64,000 bases of DNA from contig OZ024761.1 in the NCBI GenBank assembly GCA_964016885.1, forward strand, positions 21,762,001-21,826,000, read 5' to 3'. Positions 41,468 to 55,127 of this stretch are shown here, in pieces. Position 1 is the stretch's first letter, and every line of letters begins with the position of its first letter. The notes beneath the pieces were generated by a model. That model was given only the letters and a program-made list of their open reading frames with translations, made no database searches and was not told the origin of the DNA. The position numbers and the translations under genes were made by a program. Source of the DNA: Eledone cirrhosa. Taxonomy: Eukaryota.

Positions 41468-42500
41468 TGGTCAAGTGTCAGATACGACAGCCACAGGTTG
41501 ACCAATGTCCTGGTCAAGTGTCAGATACGACAGCCACAGGTTGACCACTCTTCTGGTCAAGTGTCAGGTGCTACAGCCACAGGTTGACCAATGTCCTGGT
41601 CAAGTGTCAGATACGACAGCCACAGGTTGACCACTCTTCTGGTCAAGTGTCAGATACTACAGCCACAGGTTGACCACTCTTCTGGTCAAGTGTCAGGTAC
41701 TACAGCCACAGGTTGACCAATGTCCTGGTCAAGTGTCAGATACGACAGCCACAGGTTGACCACTCTTCTGGTCAAGTGTCAGGTACTACAGCCACAGGTT
41801 GACCAATGTCCTGGTCAAGTGTCAGATACGACAGCCACAGGTTGACCACTCTTCTGGTCAAGTGTCAGGTACTACAGCCACAGGTTGACCAATGTCCTGG
41901 TCAAGTGTCAGATACGACAGCCACAGGTTGACCACTCTTCTGGTCAAGTGTCAGGTACTACAGCCACAGGTTGACCAATGTCCTGGTCAAGTGTCAGATA
42001 CGACAGCCACAGGTTGACTACTCTTCTGGTCAAGTGTCAGATACTACAGCCACAGGTTGACCACTCTTCTGGTCAAGTGTCAGGTACTACAGCCACAGGT
42101 TGACCAATGTCCTGGTCAAGTGTCAGATACGACAGCCACAGGTTGACCACTCTTCTGGTCAAGTGTCAGGTACTACAGCCACAGGTTGACCAATGTCCTG
42201 GTCAAGTGTCAGATACGACAGCCACAGGTTGACTACTCTTCTGGTCAAGTGTCAGATACTACAGCCACAGGTTGACCACTCTTCTGGTCAAGTGTCAGAT
42301 ACGACAGCCACAGGTTGACCAATGTCCTGGTCAAGTGTCAGATACGACAGCCACAGGTTGACCACTCTTCTGGTCAAGTGTCAGATACTACAGCCACAGG
42401 TTGACCACTCTTCTGGTCAAGTGTCAGATACGACAGCCACAGGTTGACCACTCTTCTGGTCAAGTGTCAGATACGACAGCCTGTGGCTGACCAATGTCCT
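41468..42500. repeat. 43-bp minisatellite, about 24 copies, partly as an alternating dimer, inside a SINE head
   Basis: TGGTCAAGTGTCAG(A/G)TAC(G/T)ACAGCCACAGGTTGACCA(ATGTCC/CTCTTC); preceded by B-box-like GGTTCAATCCC. Confidence 0.92.
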
Positions 42501-43414
42501 GTAAATGAAACAGTTTGGAAGCCGGTCAGATGTTACTAAAATGGTCAGCCCTGAGACACACTCTGTCATGCTGAATCTCCCTGAGAATTACGTTAAAGGT
42601 ACACGTGTCTGTGGAATGGTCAGCCAGTATTTCTATAATTATTCTACTATAGGCACAAGGCCGGCAATTTGGGGTGAGGGCAAAGTCAATTAAATTGACC
42701 CCAGTACATTACTGGTACTTTATTTTATCGACCCTGTAAGGATGAAAGACAGTTAACCTCGGCGGGATTTGAACTCAGACCCTAAAGGGCCGTATACCAG
42801 ATGAACAGTATTTGTAATCCAAAGGACCAGTCTTGTTAAACATTCTGTCATGCTGGATCTCCCTGAGAATTACACCAAAGGTACACATGTCTGTGGAATA
42901 CTCAGCCATTTATTATACACAACAAGCAGGCAGGTGATCGATATGGAAAACTCATCATCGATATCAAGGAGTGATTCATTATTTATATTAAATACATGTA
43001 TGTATATATATATATATATTGTGTGTATATATATTGTGTGTGTGTATATATTGTGTGTATATATATATATATATTGTGTGTATATATATATTGTGTATAT
43101 ATATATATATATTGTGTATATATATATATATATTGTGTGTATATATATTGTGTGTGTATATATATTGTGTGTATATATATATATATATAGTGTGTATATA
43201 TATATATTGTGTGTGTATATATATATATTGTGTGTATATATATATTGTGTATATATATATTGTGTGTATATATATAGTGTGTATATATATTGTGTGTATA
43301 TATATAGTGAGTATATATATATATTGTGTATATATATATTGTGTGTCTATAATATATTACGAGGAATGAGTTTTTGTGATGTATATACATGTATACATAA
43401 AGGAGTGTATCAGC

Positions 43415-43480
<66 letters not shown>

Positions 43481-43706
43481 TGTGTAGGTGTATTTTACGT
43501 ATGTATGTGTGTATGTAAATGTATGTATATATGAGTGTGTCTATATATATATACGTGTGTGTGTGTGTGTGTATTTCACGCACACATATGTATGTATATA
43601 TGTGTATATTTGCATGTAAGAAATATATTTGACATCTAATATAGGGGGGGGGGAGGTGGTGACAATAAGACAGCAGCGTAATGACCATTATATATATGTA
43701 TATATA

Positions 43707-43798
<92 letters not shown>

Positions 43799-43895
43799 CA
43801 GAGACAGTGTCGGGTTGTTTTTTACATGGTCATCCATCCAGCCATACATTAACGTATACATACATGTATGTATACATTCGTACATGTTTATACAC

Positions 43896-43934
<39 letters not shown>

Positions 43935-44006
43935 CATATATACATACATAGATTCATATATATATATTCATATATACATTCATATATATATATATACATA
44001 CATACA

Positions 44007-44084
<78 letters not shown>

Positions 44085-44320
44085 CATACATATATATATT
44101 CATATATATATACATATATATAAATGAAAAGTATAGAAATTATTATGAGCAAGAAGCACATAGTATTTCATAATATATATATATAAATATATATGTGTGT
44201 GTGTGTGTGTGTATATGTGTGTGTGTATATATAGTTATACATGTAACTGTATCATACGCGGGAACGGAACCAGGCAGTTGCTGATATCAATGTATAATTA
44301 TATATATACACACTCGTGTA

Positions 44321-44358
<38 letters not shown>

Positions 44359-44698
44359 CATTTGTTGTGTAGATGTCATATACATACATGTGTAGATGTT
44401 GTGTAGATGTCATATACATACATGTGTAGATGTTGTGTAGATGTCATATACATACATGTATATATAACAAATAAAAATGACATTTAAACGAAATATAGCT
44501 TTCTGTGTGTTGTGTGTTTAATTTATGATTAATCGCGCTACTCGCACGTATACATGTGTGTACACATGTGTTGCGTGTATGTGTGTGTATATATATATGT
44601 GTGTGGTGTGTGTGTGTATATATATATGTGTGTGTGGTGTGTGTGTGTGTATATATATATGTGTGGTGTGTGTGTGTATATATATATGTGTGTGTGTG

Positions 44699-44729
<31 letters not shown>

Positions 44730-45043
44730 ATATATATATGTGTGTGTGTGTGTATATATATATATATGTGTATATATATATATATATACAGAGAGACAGA
44801 CAGGGGGGGGGGGGGGGTATTAATCGAAGCATAGATTTGGAGTAGTGAAGAACCAAGTAGATATACACACACACATATAAACAAACACACACACACATAT
44901 GTATATATATACATATATATATATATATACACTCTGTCTCGTCTTTCCTTCATCCAAACGACTGCGAACGAAAATAACAATAAACTCCTCCAAAATATAT
45001 AGATATCTATATCTATATATATATATCGAACTAGAAAACTCAC

Positions 45044-45108
45044 CTGATCGTCTTCGATCCTTTTGTTTTAGCAATCGGGATAAATTTCTTGGAACACACT
45101 TTACCCAT
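45044..45108 (-). CDS. INPP5K: INPP5K exon 1 (MGKVCSKKFIPIAKTKGSKTI-R)
   Basis: ATG in AAAAATATGG context; donor AG|GTGAGT; phase 2 matches exon 2, giving R-IYLCTWNV at the position of the conserved first beta strand. Confidence 0.78.
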
Positions 45109-45997
45109 ATTTTTCTTTCGTCTGTCTTCCGTCGTCTCCCAGCTGCTGCTGCTGCTGCTGGTGGTGGTGTTGATAGAGAGAGGGGGGGAGGTAGTGTAGC
45201 GAGGAAGGGGAGGGATAGATATGATGAGAGGAGGAGGAGGAGGAAATGAATAAATGAAGTAATAGTAAGGAGGGGGGGGGGGGGGTGAGGTATGATTATG
45301 CAGACGATATATTATAACAACAACAACAACAACAACAATAAACGTCACTACTTTAGGAAGAAGACCAAGAATGTTTTGGGTGGGGAGAGGGAAGTCGATT
45401 AAATCGACTCCAGTGCATTACTGGTACTTTATTTTATCGACCCCCCCGTAAGGATGAAAGGCAAAGTTAACCTCGCCGGGATTTGAACTCAGAATGTAAA
45501 GGGCTGTAACTCTATCCCACAAAACATGGTGCCCAACTCTCTACCGATACTGCCAATCCACCGCCATCACACAGATATGCATAGTAGTAGTAGTAGGTAG
45601 TGGTGGTGGTGGTGGTGGTGGTAGTAGTAGTGGTGGTGGTGGTAGTAGTAGTAGTAGTTAGTAACTAGTAGTAGTAATAGTAAACACTAGTAGTAACTAG
45701 TAGTACTAATAAAATTAGTAAATGAATTCTAATTTGAGGAAATTTTGGAGGGAAGGGATGTTATCTCAATTACTGGTATTTTGGCGACGGGCCTGCAACC
45801 TGTCCTGGGAGGTGTGTGGGGAGACAAAGGGTACATACCTTTGTATGTAGACCCCAGATACGGGAAGGGAACAAACAGTGACAAGGGCCGTAACTCTATG
45901 CCGCAAACCATTGTGTCCGACCCTCTATCGATTCTACTAATCCAACACCAATCCCAGTGGAATAGAGTGGATGGACCCCCGTCGCTTTCTATGATGA

Positions 45998-45998
45998 C

Positions 45999-46046
<48 letters not shown>

Positions 46047-48240
46047 GGTGGTAGTAGTAGTAGTGGTGATAATGGTAGTAGTAGTGGTGGTGATAATGGT
46101 AGTAGTAATGGTAGTAGTAGTGGTGGTGATAATGGTAGTAGTAGTAGTGGTGATAATGGTAGTAGTAGTGGTGGTGATATTGGTAGTAGTAGTGGTGGTG
46201 ATAATGGTAGTAGTAGTAGTGGTAGTAGTAGTGGTGGTAATAATGGTAGTAGTAGTGGTGGTGATAATGGTAGTAGTAGTGGTGGTGATAATGGTAGTAG
46301 TAGTGGTAGTAGTAGTGGTGGTAATAATGGTAGTAGTAGTGGTGGTGATAATGTTAGTAGTAGTGGTGGTGATAATGGTAGTAGTAGTAGTGGTAGTAGT
46401 AGTGGTGGTAATAATGGTAGTAGTAGTGGTAGTAGTAGTGGTAGTAGTAGTGGTGGTAATAATGGTAGTAGTAGTATTGTAAATAGATAAAACAAGGGAG
46501 ATAACTGCATTAGGTTTCAATCAACGCAATATTTCTATAACATTGATTATGTACTCACATATGGCTAACGATATAATTAGCTTCTGTTCCTCTATAATGT
46601 AATATGTAGGCTTACACACTCACTCTCTCTCTCTCTCTCTATCCCTAGTTGTCTCTCTCTCTCTCCCGCTGTTCCTCTATAATGTAATATGTAGGCTTAC
46701 ACACTCTCTCTTTCTCTCTCTTTATCCCTAGTTGTCTCTCTCTCTCTCTCTCTCTCTCAATATCACACACACTTTCCCTCCCTCTCTCTCGATATCACAC
46801 ACACACTGTCTCTCTCGATATCTCTCTCTCTCTCTCTATATCACGCACACCATCTGTTGGTTTTTCACTGTATATTCATCTCCAACTGTCTCTTTCTTCA
46901 CACACACACATATTATACACACACATATTCACACTATCACACACACTATCACGTGCACACACACATATATATATATATGGATTGAAAGGGACAAGGTGCT
47001 GTGTAGTTACTAATATATATATATACATACATGCACACACTAATATATATATACATATACATGCACACACTAAGATATATATATATATATACACATGCAC
47101 ACACTAATATATATATATATATATATACATGCACACACTAATATATATATATACATACACACGCTTATATATATATACATACACACACTAATATATACAT
47201 ACATACACACACTCCATCACACAGACATATTGTTATATTTAGGAACGGTAATTCAGACAATAAAAACAACACACTCTATTTGATTTCCACTGTTAGTTAT
47301 TAGTTCATAAAGGTTCTTTCGTCACACATTCTGTGACCTCAACAACTACTTGTTTTCCTGTAGTGCTGGTACCACAATAAACTGTCCACCCTTAATGTGG
47401 TAGTGATGGTAGCCCAATAAAATGTACCCAGTCCACTCTCTTAAGTGATAGTGCTGGTGGTGGTTGGTGGTAGTGTTGGTGGAGGTGGTAGTGTTGGTAG
47501 TAGTGGTAGTGGTGGTAGTAGTGGTAGTGGTGGTGGTAGTATTGGTGGAGGTGGTAGTGTTGGTAGTAATGGTAGTGGAGGTGGTAGTGTTGGTAGTAGT
47601 GGTAGTGGTGGTAGTAGTGGTAGTATTGGTGGAGGTGGTAGTGTTGGTAGTAATGGTAGTGGTGGTGGTAGTGTTGGTGGTGGTGGTAGTGTTGGTGGTA
47701 GTGGTAGTGTTGGTAGTAGTGGTAGTGGTGGTGGTAGTATTGGTGGAGGTGGTAGTGTTGGTAGTAATGGTAGTGGTGGTGGTAGTGTTGGTGGTGGTGG
47801 TAGTGTTGGTGGTAGTAGTAGTGTTGGTGGAGGTGGTAGTTGATGGTAGTGTTGGTGGTAGTGGTGGTGGTGGTGGAGGTGGTAGGGTTGGAAGTAGTGG
47901 TAGTTGGTGGTAGTGTTGGTGGTGGTAGTAGTGGTAGTGGTGGTGGTAGTGTTGGTGGAGGTGGTAGTGTTGGTAGTAGTGGCAGTGGAGGTGGTAGTGT
48001 TGGTGGTAGTGGTAGTGTTCGTGGAAGTGGTAGGGTTGGAGGTAGTGGTAGTTGGTGGTAGTGTTGGTGGTGGTAGTGTTGGTGGTGGTGGTAGTGGAGG
48101 TGGTGGTAGTGTTAGTAGTAGTGGTGGTGGTGGTGGTAGTGGTAGTGGTGGAGGTGGTGGTAGAGGTGGAGGTGGTAGTGGTAGTGGTGGAGGTGGAGGT
48201 GGTAGTAGAGGTGGTGGTGGTAGTGGAGGTGGAGGTGTAT
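45998..48240. repeat. (GTA/GTG/GGT)n microsatellite blocks (45998-46476, 47450-48240) with intervening CT/CA/TA repeats
   Basis: Direct inspection. Confidence 0.9.
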
Positions 48241-49739
48241 ATGGCCATTAAGTACAACATGAATAATTATAAATATGTTCATTATTCCTACTAATGTTAT
48301 ATAAATACATCTATACACACACATACATATATATACATACACATATATATACATACACACACATACATACACATATATATATATATACATACACATATAT
48401 ATACATACATACGCATACATATATATATACATACACATATATATACATACATACACATATATACACACATACATACACACATATATACATACATACACAT
48501 ATATGGTGGCTGCCAACTCGTTTTCGAGTACGGCCACTACTTTATATCCATGTAGGAGAACTCCTACCGATGCGCTGAACGAGTGTGACTTTGTAGTCCA
48601 GCCAGCGACTTGAAAACTCTGGTACAAACACTACACTTGTGACAATTATTGACACATAGTGCTGGGCCCATGGTACCGTGTGATGACAAGTTCAGAGAGA
48701 TCTCCAGATATAAAGCAATGCCTGTGCCGTGAAGCTTTTATAGTGAGCAAAGGCACTGCACAAAGCCAGTCCCACTCTCTTAACCAAGATGATATTTACC
48801 AAAAAGAAGAACAAGTCAACATCATTGGATACCATCAGAGTTGCAGGTGTTATATCAGAGTTTCCCTTCTCCTAGAATTCTGCCTTGACAAAGGCTAAGG
48901 GGTCATCTCTCCCGGTGATTTTGGATGGCCATTGACTCTTAAGAGCTCCTTTGCCCTTTACACATATATATACATATATACACATATACATACACATATA
49001 CATATATACACATATACATACACATATATATACATACATACACATATACATACACATATATATACATACATACACATATATATACATATATACACATATA
49101 TATACATACACATATACACACATATACACACACATATACATACACATATATACACATATACATACACATATATATACATACACCCATCTTTCCTGTCTTT
49201 GCCATATATAAACATACTCATACACACACATATATATACTCAAATTCATAATGCATATATACATACACAGACATATATACACACATGCACACATATATAT
49301 ATACATACATACATACACGCAGCACCACCACCCCCACCATGACTACCAACACCACCTCCTTCTCCAACAACACCACCACTACCACCATCAACACCACCAC
49401 CGCGACCAACACACACCACCACCACAAACACACACATCACCACCACCAACACACACCTCCACCACCACCAACACCACAAACATCACCACCACCACCAACA
49501 CACACCTCCACCACCACCAACACTACCTCCACCACCACTACCACCACTACCACCAACACACACCTCCACCAAGACCACCACCAACACTACCTCCACCACC
49601 ACCAACACCACCACCACCACCAGGGTATATCTATTACATCTAATAAACCATCAAATATGGTGTCTTTCTCATAATTACCTCAATCTTTTAATTTGACAAT
49701 GAAAATTATTGTGCACAGTTCCAGAAGTGTTTCTCTGGG

Positions 49740-50320
49740 ACAGGACTCCATCAGTTCGGCAATGCAGCTAGTAAGACTGACTGGACGATAGTTGACAGGT
49801 GATGTGCGGTCACCCTTTTAAAACAGAGGAATGACACTGGCAGTTTTCCACTGCTCTGGAGTAGCACCGTTGCTAAGACTGAATTGAAAGAGTGCAAGCT
49901 GGTGCAGAAGAAAGTACCCACCACGTTTAAGAAGCAGGTGCGTAACATCATGAAGGAAAGACATAGTGGCGCTTATTCTTAAGGTGACGTCGCAGCATTG
50001 CAGGTGTAAATTCCATAGTTGTTATAGAATTTGATGTCAGAGGTGGTGGAGATGGTACGTTTTGATTTTTTTATAATAAAAATGCCTGCATAACATTCAG
50101 CAATGAGTTCTGCGCATTCTTTGCAATCGTCAGTAATTTGGCTTGTGTGGGGATTACGAAGAGGACCAACTGGAGAGTGAGGTCTCTGCTTTGAACATAC
50201 ATATTTCCAGAACACTTTACTGTCAGGGTTGGTTGCTATGTGCTGTTCAAATTCAAGCACTGCCTTTTTTGCCACCTGCTTCAGATGATTAGATGATCTA
50301 TTGCACTTTTTCCCATTAAT
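49740..50320 (-). mobile_element. Degenerate CR1/L2-type LINE ORF2 fragment
   Basis: NPDSKVFWKYVCSKQR...VGPL...ECAELIAECYAGIF, typical of the region between endonuclease and RT. Confidence 0.65.
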
Positions 50321-50325
50321 TGAAG

Positions 50326-50571
50326 TGTCTTACCAGCTGTGAAATACAGTAATACAACCAGGGTACATTTATTATGCTCTGAAATACGCTGTCTTTCTTC
50401 TAAATACCCCAATCTCCTAATATATAGTGTGTCTTACCAGCTGTGAAATACAGTAATACAACCAGGGTACATTTATTATGCTCTGAAATACACAGTCTTT
50501 CTTCTAAATACCCCAATCTCCTAATATATAGTGTGTCTTACTAGCTGTGAAATACAGTAATATAACCAGGG
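50326..50571. repeat. About 103-bp tandem duplication, about 2.4 copies
   Basis: GTGTCTTACCAGCTGTGAAATACAGTAATACAACCAGGG occurs three times. Confidence 0.85.
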
Positions 50572-51126
50572 AAGACCAATTACATCTATTATGGTATTTT
50601 TCTTCTCTCCTCATTACTTCAATCTTTTAATTATCAGACTATATATGAACTCTCATATTTATATTTTGTAAAATTGTAGGAATCTCAGACACGGAAATAA
50701 CTGTAGATCAGCCAGCTGTTACAATAATAATAGCCAAGTGTTGTGTGAGAGGAAACCTTTTAATGAACAGAACACTGGTCTTACTCTCATTTCCTCTCTC
50801 TCTCTTATTGTATGCTCTATTTCTTTTATTCCCTCCTTCCTAACCTTTTTATTCTTTTTTCTCTCTTTCTCTTCTCTGATCACACTTTCGTTCATTAAGA
50901 GGTTATGTTTAACTCACAGATCTATACATGGCTAGTGAACAACAACAACAACAACAACAACAGCAACAATAACAACTGCAGCAAGAAGGAGAAGAAGCCT
51001 CCTCCTCTTTACTCTGATCATTGTAACAGCTGACTGTTTCAGTTATTTCCATGTTTGAGATTCCTACAATACTCCAAAATATTTACCCACTCAACACTAA
51101 ATCATTTCATATTATATAAATGTCTG

Positions 51127-51911
51127 GTCCACACTGTAAAGTGGTCATGTAGGTGTCATGACAAAAAACACCCAGTCCACACTGTAAAGTAGTCATGTAG
51201 GTGTCATGACAAAAAACACCCAGTCCACACTGTAAAGTGGTCATGTAGGTGTCATGACAAAAAACACCCAGTCCACACTGTAAAGTGGTCATGTAGGTGT
51301 CATGACAAAAAACACCCAGTCCACACTGTAAAGTGGTCATGTAGGTGTCATGACAAAAATCACCCAGTCCACACTGTAAAGTGGTCATGTAGGTGTCATG
51401 ACAAAAAACACCCAGTCCACACTGTAAAGTGGTCATGTAGGAGTCAAAACTAAAAACACCCAGTCCACACTGTAAAGTGGTCATGTAGGTGTCATGACAA
51501 AAAACACCCAGTCCACACTGTAAAGTGGTCATGTAGGTGTCATGACAAAAAACACCCAGTCCACACTGTAAAGTGGTCATGTAGGTGTCATGACAAAAAA
51601 CACCCAGTCCACACTGTAAAGTGGTCATGCAGGTGTCATGACAAAAAACACCCAGTCCACACTGTAAAGTGGTCATGCAGGTGTCATGACAAAAAACACC
51701 CAGTCCACACTGTAAAGTGGTCATGTAGGTGTCATGACAAAAAACACCCAGTCCACACTGTAAAGTGGTCATGTAGGTGTCATGACAAAAAAACACCCAG
51801 TCCACACTGTAAAGTGGTCATGTAGGTGTCATGACAAAAAAACACCCAGTCCACACTGTAAAGTGGTCATGTAGGTGTCATGACAAAAAAACACCCAGTC
51901 CACACTGTAAA
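51127..51911. repeat. 48-bp minisatellite, about 16 copies, containing a SINE-related segment
   Basis: AAAAAACACCCAGTCCACACTGTAAAGTGGTCATGTAGGTGTCATGAC versus SINE A strand AAAGCACCCAGCACTCACTGTAAATGAGG. Confidence 0.92.
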
Positions 51912-52253
51912 AGTGTCTTTCATTAGAGATGAGATAAAGAAATGGTTAAACAGCAACAACAATAATAATAATAATAAACAAACAAGATCAATTTGATATT
52001 TTACATGATTTACAGGATTCTTTCAAAAATTTCTTCTTCTGTAATATATATATATATATACACACATAATTGTATAATTGATGCTCTGAACTAATGTCCA
52101 TGGAGCTTTTTTATTGAGAAACATAATTGATATATATTTAATATGTATCGAGTAAACCTAAATATAGTATATATATATATATATATATATTAAGTGTTTC
52201 CTTAGGAAAGGTAAAGGAAAAGAGAGTGCTCTATGTATGCTCCAGAGCTATTT

Positions 52254-52431
52254 AGTTATGTAATAAACAACAAGACAATTATTCCATTTACCAAAGGTTT
52301 CACAAAGACAGACGAGCTTGACAGAGACGTCTGAAATCTGATGAGAGATTTCAGATGTTTCTGTCAAGCTCGTCTGTCTTCGTGAAACCTTTGGTAAATG
52401 GAATAATTGTCTTATGTTGTTTATTACATAA

Positions 52432-52433
<2 letters not shown>
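52254..52433. mobile_element. Fold-back element with CTGATGA at the apex and downstream GAAAC; single arms at about 30812-30890 and 35568-35610
   Basis: Roughly 85-bp inverted arms; repeated family in (TA)n. Confidence 0.65.
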
Positions 52434-52474
<41 letters not shown>

Positions 52475-52629
52475 CAGGTAAAATTCCGTTATAACGAATT
52501 TTTCAGTATAACAAAATGTTCTTCAATCCCAGCCACTCGATGTGTTAGGTCGATCTCGTTATAAAGAATTTTTTGTTACAGCAAATTTTTTTTATACCCC
52601 ATGAATTCCATTATAACGAAATTACACTG
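52475..52629. mobile_element. Tigger/pogo-like MITE (TA target)
   Basis: TA-CAGGTAAAATTCCGTTATAACGAA...CATTATAACGAAATTACACTG-TA. Confidence 0.6.
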
Positions 52630-53196
52630 TATATATCATCAGATGATGATATATATACATATATACACATATATGTATATACATATATATATATCTAGGG
52701 TGGGTAAAATTCCCGAGATCCATGGACGAGTTCTCTCCAGCGATCTCTGTCCCTCATCATCGCTGCCATGTCCTGCATCTCCAAGAGACCAGTGTCTGTC
52801 CTTAGGGCATCAACATATGTTAACCTCGATCTCCCTCTTCCAGTGTGTCCATGCAGGGGCTCCCACAGGAGCACTGAGTGCAGTGTCAACTCTGGATGTC
52901 GGTGAGCATGTCCAGCTAACCTCAGTCTCCTCTGTGCTACTTTCGAGCTGACTTTTGGGAGGCTCCCTTACAGCTCTGAGTTCTTCATATGTATATATAT
53001 ATATATATATTTGTTTGCCTTACATATTAAATTGTCTCCTGATGTAATCAGGTGTTTGAGGTTTCAATATCAACCAGGGAAGAAGAGAAAAATATTAACA
53101 AGAAAAACAACAAGAAAAACAATAAAATATATAAAAATAAACAAACAGGCGTTAAAAATAATATAACCATTGAAATAAAGCACCAATAGAAAGTAT

Positions 53197-54778
53197 TTAA
53201 CCCTTTAGCATTTACATTACTCTATTGTCATTACTGTATTGTCATGGTAAAGGCTTTACCTCACATAATATCTCACATAACATTTACATTACTCTATATA
53301 TACTATTGTATTTTCACAGTAAAGGCTTTACCTCACATAATATCTCACATAACATTTACATTACTCTATATATACTATTGTATTTCCACAGTAAAGGCTT
53401 TACCTTACATAATATCTCACATAACATTTACATTACTCTATATATACTATTGTATTTCCACAGTAAAGGCTTTACCTTACATAATATCTCACATAACATT
53501 TACATTACTCTATATATACTATTGTATTTCCACAGTAAAGGCTTTACCTTACATAATATCTCACATAACATTTACATTACTCTATATATACTATTGTATT
53601 TCCACAGTAAAGGCTTTACCTCACATAACATTTACATTACTCTATATATACTATTGTATTTTCACAGTAAAGGCTTTACCTCACATAATACCTCATATAA
53701 CATTTACATTACTCTATATATACTATTGTATTTCCACAGTAAAGGCTTTACCTTACATAATATCTCACATAACATTTACATTACTCTATATATACTATTG
53801 TATTTCCACAGTAAAGGCTTTACCTTACATAATATCTCACATAACATTTACATTACTCTATATATACTATTGTATTTCCACAGTAAAGGCTTTACCTCAC
53901 ATAATACCTCACATAACATTTACATTACTCTATATATACTATTGTATTTCCACAGTAAAGGCTTTACCTCACATAATACCTCATATAACATTTACATTAC
54001 TCTATATATACTATTGTATTTTCACAGTAAAGGCTTTACCTCACATAATATCTCACATAACATTTACATTACTCTATATATACTATTGTATTTCCACAGT
54101 AAAGGCTTTACCTCACATAATATCTCACATAACATTTACATTACTCTATATATACTATTATATTTTCACAGTAAAGGCTTTACCTCACATAATATCTCAC
54201 ATAACATTTACATTACTCTATATATACTATTGTATTTCCACAGTAAAGGCTTTACCTCACATAATATCTCACATAACATTTACATTACTCTATATATACT
54301 ATTATATTTTCACAGTAAAGGCTTTACCTCACATAATATCTCACATAACATTTACATTACTCTATATATACTATTGTATTGTCACAGTAAAGGCTTTACC
54401 TCACATAATATCTCACATAACATTTACATTACTCTATATATACTATTGTATTTTCACAGTAAAGGCTTTACCTCACATAATATCTCACATAACATTTACA
54501 TTACTCTATATATACTATTGTATTTTCACAGTAAAGGCTTTACCTCACATAATATCTCACATAACATTTACATTACTCTATATATACTATTGTATTGTCA
54601 CAGTAAAGGCTTTACCTCACATAATATCGAATCTATAAGATTTTGATATTATTCATTTTGAGAACAATACTTTAACGTAAGAATGAGTAGCCAGTTGCAG
54701 CCGGTTGTGGCTGGTTTGAACAGAAAGGGGTGATAGGATTCTGGCCGGATACAACCGGTTTAAATGCTAAAGGGTTAA
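53197..54778. mobile_element. piggyBac-like MITE containing an internal 72-bp minisatellite of about 19-20 copies
   Basis: TTAA plus perfect 14-bp TIRs CCCTTTAGCATTTA / TAAATGCTAAAGGG; homologous to 18764-18996. Confidence 0.88.
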
Positions 54779-54946
54779 AGGAGGTCATGTAACTGCACTG
54801 GTCACATAACTAAACATTACACTCAGTGTGATTCAGTAAGAGTCACTCGATTCTTAATATTGATTCCAACCCATTTTAATTAGAGAAAGGATTAATTAAT
54901 TAATTTGGACAATTTTTTTTTTTTAAAACAGAATTTTTTTAATATA

Positions 54947-55127
54947 CCGTATATCCTTGAATATAAGCCACCGACTCCCTGTTTTATGAAATGGGCAAAA
55001 AATCGTTTATAAGCACAGCAGCTAATTAGTACATCGTTTAGATGGCAAATATATAAACCCCCTCCTCTGTTTTACCATAGATTTGGGGGTCACTTATTCC
55101 TTGGGACTTATATTCAAGTATATACGG
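54947..55127. mobile_element. pogo-like MITE
   Basis: TIRs CCGTATATCCTTGAATATAAG / CTTATATTCAAGTATATACGG. Confidence 0.75.

Noticed and set aside
47445-48251. Gly/Ser-rich ORFs resembling structural proteins
   Set aside because: Degenerate (GGT/AGT)n microsatellite with no signal peptide or splice structure.
53225-54646. 464-473 aa repeat ORFs
   Set aside because: 72-bp array inside a MITE; not a protein.
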